From Lingula anatina (taxonomy: Eukaryota; Animalia; Brachiopoda), in assembly GCA_051362555.1 (NCBI GenBank), contig CM120640.1, positions 43,688,788 through 43,752,787 of the forward strand: a stretch of DNA of 64,000 nt. The letters are read 5' to 3'. The notes beneath the pieces were generated by a model that did not search any database, had not been told where the DNA came from, and saw only the letters and a list, made by a program, of their open reading frames with translations. The translations under genes were made by a program, and so were the position numbers. Each line of letters starts with the position of its first letter. Position 1 is the stretch's first letter. This document shows positions 11,982 to 25,000 of this stretch, piece by piece.

Positions 11982-13088
11982 TTACGACACGGCTTCAACA
12001 GGCGGGTTTCCATTTCTAGACATCAGTTTTCTGAAGGAGGCTTTAAACTTACTAGAAGTCCACATATAGATTATTGGATTCAGTATGCAATGTAAATACA
12101 TCAGCGATGTTACAAGCGGATAAAGATACCCTGCTCCAAAACTAGAGCCAAGAAATATAAAACCGACAACGAACGATGGAATGTAACTTACAAAGAACAT
12201 CATTGTCAAAATCAGTGCTGTTTTTAAAGTCAAAATGTCTGCTTTTTGTAATGTGACAGATGCCGTTACGCCAGTTGTCGTGGTTGGGACCGCCTCAGCA
12301 ACGCCTTGGTTTGTCTCACTGTTGTTCGTGTCAGTTGGCGCTGTTCCTATAGATCTACGGGAGCGCAGAGAGCAAAATATCACTGTGTAGAATGCAATGC
12401 TGACCACAAAACTGACGACAGCTGCGATCGGGACCAAAAGCCAAGTATTCCGCACTGATATTTTCCTAAACTCTAGCCCGAATAAGTGATAAAACATCTG
12501 AACAGTTTCTTTACTTTTTGCAAGGTATGTCATTTGACACGGGAACATCAGGGAAGGGGTACCAAAGGTAAGGCCGTTTGCAATGGAACTCAGGATAGTT
12601 TGAATAAAGATGGCCAGATGAACAACCCACCTTTTATAGCGCTTGAAAGGCCTGACGACGCTGTGGAGCCTAATTGCAGCTATTACAGCCATCGAGGACA
12701 GCGAATACATAATGGAGAAAGTTGCCGCTGTGGTTTTTATCTTGCACCATGCCTCGTGCGTCGGACCCTTAGCCATCATTTGGCCAAGGTGGATAGGAGC
12801 CGCAATAAGCGAGATGAGACAGTCTGCCAGCGACAAGGCCACCACGTAACAGTTGAATATAGTTCTCAGTGTTTTGTCTTTGTAGATGCAGATGATGACA
12901 ACAATGTGTCCCCCAGCGGAAAGGATGATGATTATCAATAGCATCACCGTGACGAAATCCAGTAAACGAAGTACATTATCGGACGGGAACACCATGTTGG
13001 ATTCTGTGTAATTCTGCCCAACGTCAGTACTCGTATTTGGCCAGTCGACTGATACAGTTGCTATGCTGGAGTTAGCTTTGAGCATCAT
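11982..13088 (-). CDS. Intronless orphan class A (rhodopsin-like) GPCR, 368 aa
   Basis: Seven hydrophobic segments, N-terminal N-glycosylation sequons, TM2 LSLAD, TM3 Cys, IRL in place of DRY, SYIP in place of CWxP, NPIIY in TM7 and helix 8 FKASFRKL. Confidence 0.92.
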   Translation of the reverse strand: MMLKANSSIATVSVDWPNTSTDVGQNYTESNMVFPSDNVLRLLDFVTVMLLIIIILSAGGHIVVIICIYKDKTLRTIFNCYVVALSLADCLISLIAAPIHLGQMMAKGPTHEAWCKIKTTAATFSIMYSLSSMAVIAAIRLHSVVRPFKRYKRWVVHLAIFIQTILSSIANGLTFGTPSLMFPCQMTYLAKSKETVQMFYHLFGLEFRKISVRNTWLLVPIAAVVSFVVSIAFYTVIFCSLRSRRSIGTAPTDTNNSETNQGVAEAVPTTTTGVTASVTLQKADILTLKTALILTMMFFVSYIPSFVVGFIFLGSSFGAGYLYPLVTSLMYLHCILNPIIYMWTSSKFKASFRKLMSRNGNPPVEAVS

Positions 13089-13456
13089 GAAGGCCCATGC
13101 AGGTGATTCTGGAAATTTCTAATTCGTGCTTTCAGATTTCAACTAATGTCAACTAGGAGGGTGTGACTAGTTATTCTTTTCTCCGTTTTTCTTTGATCCA
13201 ATCGCATGTTATATTCCTGTGCCACAAGTTTGAGTGACATGCACGCATATGAATATCTTTTGGACGTGTTGCTGTGCACTGAGATAACGTCGCGTTCGTA
13301 AAATGCTAAGTATATAGTAATGACGTCTACCAGTCATTTTAATTAAATCACATATTAGGGAAATTTGTGGGAGTCAATCGAAGTAACATTTAAGCCGTAA
13401 AATCTACAATGATCAACCCATGTATGCATTAACACAAAGTGAGTGAGTAGATACAA

Positions 13457-13462
13457 TTTATT
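13457..13462 (-). terminator. Polyadenylation signal of the SOUL gene
   Basis: AATAAA on the minus strand about 215 nt after the stop codon. Confidence 0.6.
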
Positions 13463-13676
13463 TGTCGTATAAAATATGTATAAATATTACACCATAGTTA
13501 ACAAATCTGTAAAGTGTAATGCGTCTGTCATTAACACTTTCAGAATAATCACCATATTCTTGGTGATAATGCGACCCTTAAATGTTCAATGAACCAAGAA
13601 ATGAATGAAAAATGAATGAAAACTGACAAAAGAATATGCTCGAGCTAAAGAAAATTGCCATCCCAGCTTCTCAATG

Positions 13677-16600
13677 TCACGAATCATTCTTAGCAACAAA
13701 CCAAACTTCGTTGTGTCTGTTGATAATTTTTGATGGACCATCATAACCGGCTGTAAACCAAAAGTCGCTGTAGAACAAACTGTTGTCATTAATCGCTTGG
13801 GCCAACTTTTGTGCTTCACTCGTCCAGATTTCTTCTTTTGGGAATCCACCAAAAGCTCTGGAATAAATTTGGAAATGTAGCTCTAACTTTTTGTATAAAA
13901 GGCGTGTTTATGTAGAAACCACCCGTCTTTGATGCATGTTCATCATGTAGGGATGAAATCACAAGTAAACTCTGAATTTGAATTAGGTGGTATTTCTTAA
14001 AGCAAATTCCCCATTCCTTGCCATCACTCAAAATCCATTCGGCTGTACTGGTTATTTTACCCTGGCACCATTCATTATCGATAATATAATAATAGAGATC
14101 CTTACCTGACGTATACTTTCATAGATTTCAAGGTGCTGAGAGACACTTTGGGATCAGTGGGTTGAGGAGGGTTGGTCTCTGTAGCAGGGATAAAAAAGTG
14201 CATGGTAAAGTTGCTCTCGCAGGCTGGACCCTGGCCTGGGACGATCTTAGTTAAAACAGGGGCAGTCATGGCTACTTTGGTCTCTAAAACGAAAAAAAAA
14301 TCAATGGGGATGATCAACCTCCGTACAATCAATAAGCGAAATTTTTATATTACGATGACAATATATTATGTAAAAGGCGAGTTGAAAAGCAAATCTCGGA
14401 AACTTTCACCCACGCCATAGCTTCAGAGCTTTAGAAATCATTGGCATTTTTTCTGCGAAGTTTGCGTTTGTATAAATCGGAACGCAACAAACGTAATGAC
14501 TCGAGAAATTACTTACTGCGACAAGGTCATACGCATAGTTGTGCGGTTTGGTTTGTTGTTAAAAAAATTAATTCAAAAGAAATCTTATCTATAACCAATT
14601 AAACAGATCTGCGGTATTTCGTTCTCTCATTATGAATGCTGTTCAAATAAAAGTGCACGCACTTGGTTGGTTTTGTCCTGAGATATATCTGAACAGCCTC
14701 CAGAACATCGTTGTTGTCGAGTTAGACCAGTCCATGGAGTATTCGGAAGTGCCGACCCATTTCGATACATCGTATTGACGGATGCTATATTCCTAAGAAA
14801 GAAATCAGATGAAAATTGATGAATTTTATATCTCATTGTCACGTATTGAAATGAATAGTTCTATGTGAATTGTGTTTTGCAGGATGGTGCAATTCAATGC
14901 ACAGCAGGTGCCTGTTGACAAGACTTCGACTTTCAGAGTACCCACCTCTATACCTGCAATTTAAAAACTTATTACCTAAACGGCTATACAACTACTGAGA
15001 AAATGAATATCTATATTATGATGCTAAAGAATAGTGGAGGAAGGCGCACTGAGGAATTTAGCGATATACATACTTGTAACTGTGTTTGTGCACACAGAAC
15101 TACGAATGATGAATGAAATATGAGCACACATAACAAGTTGCAGCTTCAATTTTCCTAAGAGCCCTTTAGGGTAGGGCGAAAACATGAAATGATTGGCTTC
15201 GGGTTATACGAATTTTCAGAGCACCTGTCAAGTGACACGGTGAAGTATGACTCACAAACTACTCCTTAAAAGCGTAATTCCAAACCTGAAACCAACCTTT
15301 TTTCAATGGCTCTCTAGGGGAGGACATGATTGCACAAAGAATCAAAAATGTTACCGATCTGATTTTACAGACTGACGTCGGGAACACAAGATCCAGGCGT
15401 ATTGTTATTTGCGTTTGTGTCTGGTGTGCAAGAAGCCACCATGTCTGTACCTTTTGTTCTCGACATCCGCCGTGGTACATGTATAATGTTCTTGAAACCG
15501 GTGTGAAAATGATGTGAACATGTGAACATGTGATGATATAACCAGCTTATCATGATCAGACACTTGGCAGCTCAGGAAAGCAGTTTGCCTGCTAGAATGC
15601 TAGCATAAATATTCAATAATTTTTATTAATAATTTTTATAATAACTTTTATTAATTTTTGGGCGAAAGTAGAGATTTTTTTAAATCGTGAAACATTCAAG
15701 GGTTTGATGCTGATTAGCAATCTCACGTCTTTTCCAAGCAATAAAAGGTTTCATTACCGACAAAAACCTCAGGGTATCAGAGGTTGAGAGGGGAAAACAT
15801 GAAAACCGTATGTCTTAATGGTGTTCAGAATGCTAAAGAGTGATAGGCAGAGGTACCAAACTTGAGATTCAAACCCAGGTAGATTTTCAATTTCTTTAGG
15901 TGAGATGCCAAGCGGATTTTTCTCCTAAACTAGTAAGTTTAAATTAAGGTAATATTAAGCTTGAGAGATTCATAACCAAGTGTAAAAAAAACCCTACTGT
16001 CTAAGTGTGAAGAACAAACACTGACAGTTGACTTTTTTTGAACATAAAAGAAATGCTATAACATAACAAACCATCTAATTATCATCATCCTAGTAGTTTT
16101 AAACAAACATGAGACCCATTACAAATTTGTAATGTAAAACAAACAGATAGATTAACGTCATAAACAAAATAATCAACATAATATTTTTTTGCTGTCACCG
16201 ATCGAGTTTCCATTTCAACTGTATTAAAATAAATACTGGCAAATAAAGTCTGCTTATTCAGATATCTTTTTGCTACATTCTGAGAGGAGTACGTATCTAT
16301 GCTTTTACATTATAAACAAATCAGTGATCTGTAACTCACAATTCTAGAATGTAGATGTGTTGCTTATGTGGATTTAAATCTCTCATATGCAGATTGTGGA
16401 TTGAAATCTTTCAAATACAGATTGCTAGAATGGTTAATTTCGACTTCGATATAGTCAAGCCGTGTCATTTATGAACAGAAAAATGTTGCATACAGAATTT
16501 CTCATATTTTTAGGCTTAATACTCGAGTAGTAATTTATCATTGTTTTATTGATTATTTCACTAGACCTGCACAAGCGTCAAATGTCCGCACATGGGCCGC

Positions 16601-17674
16601 AGTGCTCAGCGCCTTGATAGGCTCGTTCCCATTGAAACTATCGGTCTACGTTGATCGATCCAACTCCGTGGGAACTCTCGCTGAATGACTTATGCATAAT
16701 TTGAGACAAATAACATATACGTATATGGTTATATTTTCGAATTCTACAGAGATGGTAGGAAGTGGCATCGAAACCATTTGCAATATCGGGAAGTGCAGGG
16801 ATGTGCAGTTTATTATTTTTTTACCTGGTTTTGACCGCCAGTATAATTTCTGGCGAACAAAGCAATATGTTTTCATAATTGGTGTTATTGGTGCACGAAA
16901 CGCGACACTTACAAGGGGCAAAGTTATCGGCCTTCAATTATCACATTCATGAAATTCAGAAAAAGATTATTGACAACGAAAAAGATGAAAACACACAATT
17001 AAAGAACATCGGGGTTTATTAAACACCTCAACATGACATTGTGTCAAAAATTAACAGCCTCCAAACCACCAAATGACGTTGTCGAAACCTAGTTTAGTAG
17101 GCGCAGTAACTAAAAGTAACCTTGTTTAGCAACGATTTTCTCTGCCCTCAGTAGAGAGGTCTTATTTTTCCACATTACATAGATTATCTAAGACCCCATT
17201 CCCATAGATTTTAGATCGATCTATCCCTGTGGGGAGTCTCACTAGATTACTGTCAGCTTAGCCGGCTTAAGCGTCTGTCTCGCCTACTAAAAGCTGTAAG
17301 GGGGTAATTAACTATGGTGCGCGCTCGGCTGACTGCAATTTAGCGTGAACTCCGAAGGGAGTTAGGTCGATCTGAATCTAAATCTCTGGATCGATCTAAA
17401 TCTCTGGGAATGCACCCTAAAACACCAGTGAAATGTGGAAGAAAATAAGAAAGAAATAAAAAATCTCCTGTATTCCAGGCTATTAAAGAAAAAGGTTTGG
17501 CCATATTAGACCCCAGCCTACCTTTGTGGTTTTCAGGACGGTGAATGTTGGGCAATCAAGTCCATTGCAAAAGTCTGGGGATTTGGATTCAGTGGTCCCT
17601 TGTTGAACCTTCAGTTGCGCAGCACTGGCACCGGCCACAGCCAGCACCATGAGGGTAAAGGCGAGCTTCATCAT
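13677..17674 (-). CDS. HEBP2: SOUL/heme-binding protein 2 family protein with signal peptide, 213 aa, 4 exons
   Basis: Exons 17674-17522, 14792-14663, 14283-14106 and 13857-13677 join in frame. Motifs: FCNGLDCPTF, YSIRQY..SKWV, FWRLFRYISGQN, MTAPV, PPQPTDPKV, VYVRAFGGF, TAGYDGP..NRHNEVW. The symbol denotes the family, not proven orthology. Confidence 0.92.
17192..17417. mobile_element. PIF/Harbinger-type MITE, copy 2 (in SOUL intron 1)
   Basis: GACCCCATTCCCATAGATT...AATCTCTGGGAATGCACCC with TAA TSD. The interior is the reverse complement of 3140-3353. Confidence 0.85.
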
Positions 17675-17724
17675 CTTCGAGTGTTGTCGGAACTTTCGGA
17701 CAGAGCGTTTATGCGTCTCCAAAT

Positions 17725-17765
17725 TAACTCACTTGGTGGGAAGAAACTGCCCCATTATATACAAC
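17725..17765 (-). promoter_or_regulatory. TATA-box core promoter of the SOUL gene
   Basis: TATATAA on the minus strand at about 17755-17761, roughly 80 nt upstream of the ATG. Confidence 0.6.
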
Positions 17766-20208
17766 AGGTTTGACCGTGACCTACCGAAATCTTGCGTAAA
17801 TTTTATGTAAAGTTGGTATGTAATACTGATAAGGGGCTAGTTATATACTGACCCATCCTTTATTTGCTTCTCTCCCCAGGTCACCCGAAATGAACGGTGG
17901 CCGTAATTTCAAGCTCTTACATTATTTATTTAAATCAAGTTCTATAAGTGATTGACTTCCTCTATTCAAAACTTCAAGACTTGACTTAAAAAATATCACA
18001 TATTGTGTGAGACAGGTATTTAATACCTCTTGCAGCTCTAAAAGAGTTGATAAGGGTCTGACCAAACATACTGATTAGACACTACACATGTCACGTTGAA
18101 GAACACGTTTGTTAGATCAACTCGTGTCCATACACATCACGTTTTACCTCGTGTAACACTTATCTCTCGTTTTATAACCTAAACCATAATGTGTCATTTG
18201 GTGAACTTAAAGTCTCATCTCTCCAATAATCATTTTATCCTGGATATACAGGCATCATATTAATCGCTTCACTTGCTCACTGGACATTTTTATTCCGCAA
18301 AAGTTCGTGCCATCATGAAACATAAGGCAGACCAAACCACACTAAATAATATGATAAATATATAGTTTTAAAATAATTATAAAAGGGAAGCATCTGAAAC
18401 AGTTTTGTAGCGCTAATTCATCTTAAGTAAACCGACATTTGGAAGCTTCAACTACAGGTAACCAAGTATACACAAATAGTGTTGTTGGTACAGGAGCCTA
18501 AGCCAACGTATCTCGTCCCGATTGTGAGAACACGTGTACTAATCAGTTGGTCGAATACAATGGACTAGTTGCAGAAAACACTTTTCGATATATAAGTCAA
18601 CCGATTAGTACCCTTATTCGACAGTAAGTCCATGTGTGGGGTTGGGGTATACGGTGGACATGTGACTATAGTGAAAGTGTTTGTTGCGTAGTCACTAGTG
18701 TTAAACACAGTGTTGAACATCGATCGCGTTAGCTCAATTGAACTGATATCACGTTTTTGCGAATGCAGACCTTGTAGAGCAGCATTTTTGCTAATTGCAA
18801 AATACGTATCGTTGCAAAATGCGGCTCGGCAACCTGCTTGGTAATTATTGTAATCCACCACGGCTAAGCGAGTGCGGCACCATATGAAAGCTGACAGACT
18901 TATGAAGAAATCCCTTTACCCATCATGTCTGTTGTTTTGTCAGTACTTAGTATACCATATCTGCGTATCGCCTTAGTATCCCTCTCTTAGAAGAAACCCC
19001 TGGCCTATAAACAACCTTGTCGTTAAATTTTTCCTGTATAAGATACTTATGAGAACATGCAGATGTTTGTCTTGTTAACGTCTCGGAATTTTTGGGTGGG
19101 GCTGTAAACTCTGGGGGTGTAAACTAATTTTACATTGGTGCAAGAGCCCTCCACCTTTTATGGTTAATTATTGGAATGTACAATTTACAATGTACATAAC
19201 AGAGGACAAACATTAATCTGAGAAGTGATCGTGTAATTCGACTACTTGAGTCATTAATTCAGCCTGAAAAACATCTACGCAGTGCAATATTGAGTTGAAT
19301 AATAGAATGGATTTAATCCATGATTGGAAGTGACTCCAAAGTCCGCAGAATCCAATTAACCATGAAACAGAGCAAAAAGTGCAAAAAGTTCTTTAATCAT
19401 TGTTTCCGAGAGAAAATCTGAAGCTGGTTCTCGCCATTATTATTATTAAAAACGTATCACGCAGTGTATTCAGTTGCAGTTGAGGCTGTATCAGACACTC
19501 CTTATCCCTATTAAAGTCCAAAGAACAAAAGAGACGTTATGTTAATATTTTACTTGTATGTATTCTGTAAGTAATGCAGATTGCAATATTGTTTTCGAAT
19601 GTATAGCATGAAAAAGGAGAACGTCTCAACGAGATCAAAGTTTGTTTGTATGGGGTCCCCAAAATAATCCTCCCCATCCCCAGGTCCATCCCACCCCATA
19701 GTCACATAGTTCAAAATAACATCTTAAAAGTTATCTCTGGTGCAATATCATTAGGTTTTGATCCATATCTTTCTTTGTGGTAATCTTATTGATTAACGTA
19801 TTTTAATATAGTTTTCGGAACAACGATGTCTTGACCATTCTTATTTGTGAATGACAGATGGCAGAAGTATTTTCTTTGATTTTATATGCTTAACCATTTT
19901 ATATTTATTTATCTCATGCGTCATGTTTATGGAGGGGCTGGGATAGGCTCCAAAATCCCTTACTCTTCATCCTTATCCTTTCACTTCCTGTACCTATACC
20001 TTGTTGATCACAATAAAAAAGAGATCTGCCACTGCAATCTTGCCCACGGAGACCTAAATTACAAAACCCCTGAAGAAATGTCAGCACATAGGATAGAGAT
20101 TATATATGCTCCCAATGAAATACGTAACCAGAAGAGGACTGTGAGAAACTGAGAGTTTACAGAGGTTATCAATATATATGAAAGAGGAGAGTGATAACGA
20201 GGGGAACT

Positions 20209-20210
<2 letters not shown>

Positions 20211-20244
<34 letters not shown>
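20211..20244. repeat. (GA)n microsatellite
   Basis: Direct dinucleotide repeat. Confidence 0.95.
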
Positions 20245-20245
<1 letters not shown>

Positions 20246-21004
20246 AAGTAGAAGCATGAGATGTGAAGTGAGGAAAGAGAACAACATCTTGTTCATCGTG
20301 GCTGAAGATGTGTTTTATAATAGTTAACGGATGCATTTTGATTGCATGTTTCTTTCGAGAGCACGTCTAATTTTACTGTCACGCAAATACTACCTAAAGT
20401 TCACCTTCATCATTAGTACACTGCAAACTGTTTTTTCTCTTCATTTGTTCAGACATTTGCGTATTTTTAGCCCACATGTAGTATTAATGATTCATAAGCA
20501 ACTCGCAAAAATCAACATTCTTTTTAAAAGTTATTTTTCATACGATTTACTTATTTGGAGTAGTGTATTTGAAACTTGAATTTGCAACTCAAGTTTGTGA
20601 TGATCGTCGCGTTACTACGTTATGAAAGCATAGAAAATGATCACAACTCATTCATTAAGTACATGTATGTTGATATCATATACAATATGTATAGGATATT
20701 AATATTAGATGTCTTTTCAAATCCAAGTCAGCTCGAATTACCCTTAACCTAAGTGTTTGTGATTTACTGGAATCTTTTAATAAAACTGCAGTTATCGACA
20801 GCTTTTCAGCGAAATCAATAATGTCAATTAAGTCATATTCTTTTCCACCAACCTAAATTAGTGTTCCTCCGACTTCTTTGTGCTTCTGATATCTGTAGAC
20901 CGAGTCAAGTGGAATCTCCAACAGGCATTTATCTGCATGACTTAACGTCTACTCTAGCTTCATATTTTCTTATTGGGTTGACTGCTTGGTTTTGGGTGTT
21001 ATTG

Positions 21005-22060
21005 TACAGTGTGACATTTACAGACAAAAGTATTGCACCATTTTGCAAAAGGTACACAACACCTGGGTTTGAAGGTTTTTCAATTAGTATTTTATTGAAG
21101 ACTGGTTATGTCAAGTTAGTATCTTTACTAAAGGTTTTTGAACCAGTGATTTTGCCCTTCCATAACACAGGTTATTATATCAGTATTAATATTGCGTGGG
21201 ATTTCCACGTGATCTCAATATGGCCACCATCCTTCTGGGCATAGCCTGATATCGGTTCACTAATCTTCTTTGCTATGTTGGCTCAGGCTGTTAAGAAACT
21301 ATAGGTTAGAGTGTTTCTTACATAGGGGCGATCCTTTGCCACTTGATATCCAGTCTCATTCAACAATTTTTCAATGAAGTTTGCGTTTTGTGATTGGGCA
21401 GGTCAGTCCATCCCCTTGATGCAATGCTGGTAGAGGCACACTTGTGCAGCCCTGGTACTGTGGGGTGTAGCGTTATAATCTAGGGAAATGGAAAATGAAA
21501 AGACGACCCCTGTCCCAAAAGATGTCTTCTTCTGGTGAAAGTTGCTGGTTTAAAATTTTAATGTAACGCTCGTGGTTTCAGTTTTCCATGCATCAATCTC
21601 AGTTCCCCAATGCCTTAGAAACCAATGCACCCCAAACTATTATGGAAGTGGACTGCCTATTTTCTGGCAGATAAAAAGTGGATGACGTTCTCCATACTCT
21701 CACTTGTCCACTCACGATGTTATATAACCCTATATACAGGCTGACCAGACACACCATAACTGGCTTCCATCTGAGGGACATTTACATCCTCCCTCAAACA
21801 AACAAACAAACTAACAAATTCTTTTCTTCCTTCATTTGGATGAAAATTCGTCACTGGTTAGACGAGCAATAAACCCCGAATCACTTTTTTTCGAACGGAC
21901 TCCCATCTCACATAGCGTAGTAGTCACACAGATGGTGCATTACTGTCGTCACCCCTCTGTAGTTCTGCCCCGTGCCTTAAATCATATAGTGCAACAACTC
22001 TAAAATGCGTTTTGTCAGGAAAAGTTCACATCTATCACAATTTTTCCTGAGGTATCAAAT
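21005..22060 (-). mobile_element. Degenerate Tc1-family transposon with transposase pseudogene
   Basis: Ordered remnants on the minus strand: GQVRVWR, SIIVWGA, DYNATPHSTRA (cf. QDNAxxHT), MD*PAQSQNANFIE (cf. WPAQSPDLNPIE) and C-terminal MPRRMVAILRSRGNPTQY* (stop about 21186). A TACAGTG..CAAAAGTATTGCACC Tc1-like end lies near 21006-21040. The far boundary is approximate. Confidence 0.8.
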
Positions 22061-25000
22061 CTCAACAACCGCAGTCATCTGAACAGACCCAAGATAAATA
22101 ATAAATAAGCTCTTAATTCCTTTACATGTTTATCAAATTGACGTTGTTGAGAAAAAAACTATATCTGATCATAATTTAAGATATAGAAGTATTCAGTAAT
22201 GACATAAGGTTCTGCTCAGTATTCAACAGCTGCAGAGATAAGAGAGGTTCTGTTAACATCAGAATTTACAAGTAGAAACTCGACAGTGTATTTCCTGTCA
22301 AACATTTAAAACTAACGAAAAAATCCTAATGTCTTTGAAATCATGGGCGATGGCACGTGATAGACCTTTGGTTACGTTGTTTGTTTAAATTAAACTTTAA
22401 AGGCTTACGGGCGAATTATTAGCGTGAAATAATCCATGGGAGTGGAATTTGGACACGTTTTCGACGTTCCCCCCTTAATGCCTTTTTTACCTTATTCATG
22501 CAGAGCACTCCATCCTAACTGGTTTTCTATGTCTCTTTATTATCGTCCTGAGCGAGCACAATTTTATTGCCATCTTTCGCTTGACATAATGAACCTCCGT
22601 GCTTGATCCCGAATTTTGAGGTTTTCTGCTTGGCATTGAAGTCAATCAATTGATATTTTCATTCCCACGTAGGCCTACATGTAACTTCTGCCGTCAAATA
22701 GGACACCGGCGGCAAAGGCAGGCGCCAACACAAATTGCTTAAGCTTGTCGTGCTTTTTAAGCATCTCTTAAATTTAAATTTTCTTTTTGTATTCAATCTG
22801 AACAACACACGAGTCTTTTTTTTAACAAATCAAAATTCCTACACTAGTTTTTTTAGTTATTTGAAAAATATTTAAAGCAAGCTTTTTCGTATCTATGAAT
22901 TTAATGTCATTACTTGAATAACACACTGTAAGTAACTATTTTTCTCACAGATACTAAAGAGTGTTATCATTAGTCTGCTTATAAATACCAAGGGTTTCCA
23001 TAACATCGTGAACCAGATTGCTACGAGTGACCTCTGGCATACTTTCCCAGTGTCTCGCAGAGGCGAAAAACAACCTCAACCCATTCAAAGTTTTATTTTT
23101 CAGCAGCTGTATCATCGTCTCCAGCAGAAAGGGGAGACGGCGCGGTGTCACCACCTGCATGCATAACGTTTTGCGGAATCTGACTTGCCGACCCCCCCTT
23201 AACTTCTCTCCACTGAGAACGTGACCCATGATTGTGCTGCGCACAAAACGCATTGTTGATTGTGTTTGCAGATACAACAATCACGGGGCTACTTTGGAAG
23301 GGAAAGTAAAAACTTCGGTTATTCAATCATTCACGGTTTATTTAATATTTTTAATCTCGGGTGGTCGAAATAGTATCTTTCTCTTTCATGACGTCTTTCA
23401 GGGGCTTGGGATAATGTTTAGTTTTGGATGAGTAAATAGCCCAGGTTGACTTGGAGAGAAGTTCTCGTCGCCCAACTTTATTAGGTTTCGATTACATCTC
23501 TCGTTTTCCCAGGAGTACAAGTTACACCTCTTGCGAGTAATTCCTTAGTACCACTTTTTATACATTTCTGTTGGTAAGCACTTGTAGAATTCACGAAAAA
23601 AATTAGTGTAAAAGTGACAGGTGCGCATAATTGGCTAGCTGACAGTTGCAAAACATGAATGTACACGTGTTTTTTTTCTCACATGAGCATTTGATTGAAT
23701 GCTACCCCCTGGAGAGATTTTAGCATTGAACTGTATGCGAAAAGGACTATTTGCAATAAATAAATTGAATAAACAAGTTCAACTATAAGCTTTGTACGTA
23801 TTTTCAATTCAACAAGAAATTTTGTGTTATTATTATTCCTTTTTTCCACCGCATTTTTTTTTACTCTGGATTGATACTGATGAATGAATACTCGCATGTT
23901 ACTTTTTATTAATCGCTTGATGTTAATTTGACGTTAGAATTACGGTAATATCAAAAGGCTTTATAATAAAAATATGTATTTAGTAAGTCGAATAATTTAA
24001 CTTTACCATTGCAATACTAAAACATTATCAAAATGTTTGTATGATGTATGTGAAAAGTTTTCCCTTTTTTGATATTTCCTTATATTCTTTATATTAGCTG
24101 CAACTTTGTCAGCAGCCAAAAATGTACTGATTCACTCGGTGTCAACTTAATGCATGATTTAAATCTGTGGGGCACGGAGCATTTTTGTCCAGAACTTTAC
24201 CTTTTCAAAGCCACAACAACGAAGAATGACCAAAGAAAATATTGAATTTTCAAATCAAAGAGCTTAAGTAAATAATTTTCTCATTAGGCTCACCCTTGGG
24301 GTAATGAAGTTCGTGTTTCTACTATTATTTCTGTCCCGTTTGTCAAGATTGGCTGACCGATGTAACGTGAGAGGCGTCAGCCGTGGACAATGACCAAGCG
24401 GTCACAGGATACAATTCAACCAATACTCGGGGAGGGGATCACATAATGCTACCCTTGTTAAATTTGCTACCCTGTGAAAAGCCCACTTAAAAACGTTATT
24501 ACTTCATTCAATTGCCAACCAATATTGACCGATCGCGATTCTTCCATTACATGGCCTTCTCCTCCCGGGAGATTGTTAATGCGTTCTGACCGTGAGGGCA
24601 CCTTTTCCGAGCCACTACCCCGGAATATTAGATATAGAAATATTTTTAATCCGTTTTGTTAAAGCAGGCCGATCTGCATTCAGCAACCTCGCCCTTTCAA
24701 CGCATAATAAGTTTATATAACTTTAACCTTTCACATTCTGGATATTCATTACTTTTTAGGTTGCATGTGAAATTTTACCAGTTAGGATACTCAGCGATGG
24801 ACAATCATTTTCGCACGCCATACTTTCAATTGCACATGGCAAGACGTGTTTATAGATACACTCTTTAAAATATTCTATAGAAAAAAAAAACATTTGTCAT
24901 CTTGGGGATGTCTTTATCCTTCAATGTTTGTTAAGATTTGGTCATTTGACATACCAGTGACCCAACTCTTTAATAGCATTCACCGGAAAAAAAAGGTGGA

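Noticed and set aside
12486-12941. Plus-strand ORFs overlapping the GPCR (and similar ORFs over FoxAB and CHD1 exons)
   Set aside because: These are antisense or alternative-frame shadows of real coding sequence, and many start at non-ATG codons.
11982-13088. GPCR as an opsin
   Set aside because: There is no retinal-binding lysine in TM7 (TSLMYLHCILNPIIY).
22954-23280. Possible SINE or short gene
   Set aside because: Only a vague resemblance to SINE bodies, with no clear A/B boxes, tail or second copy in the window.
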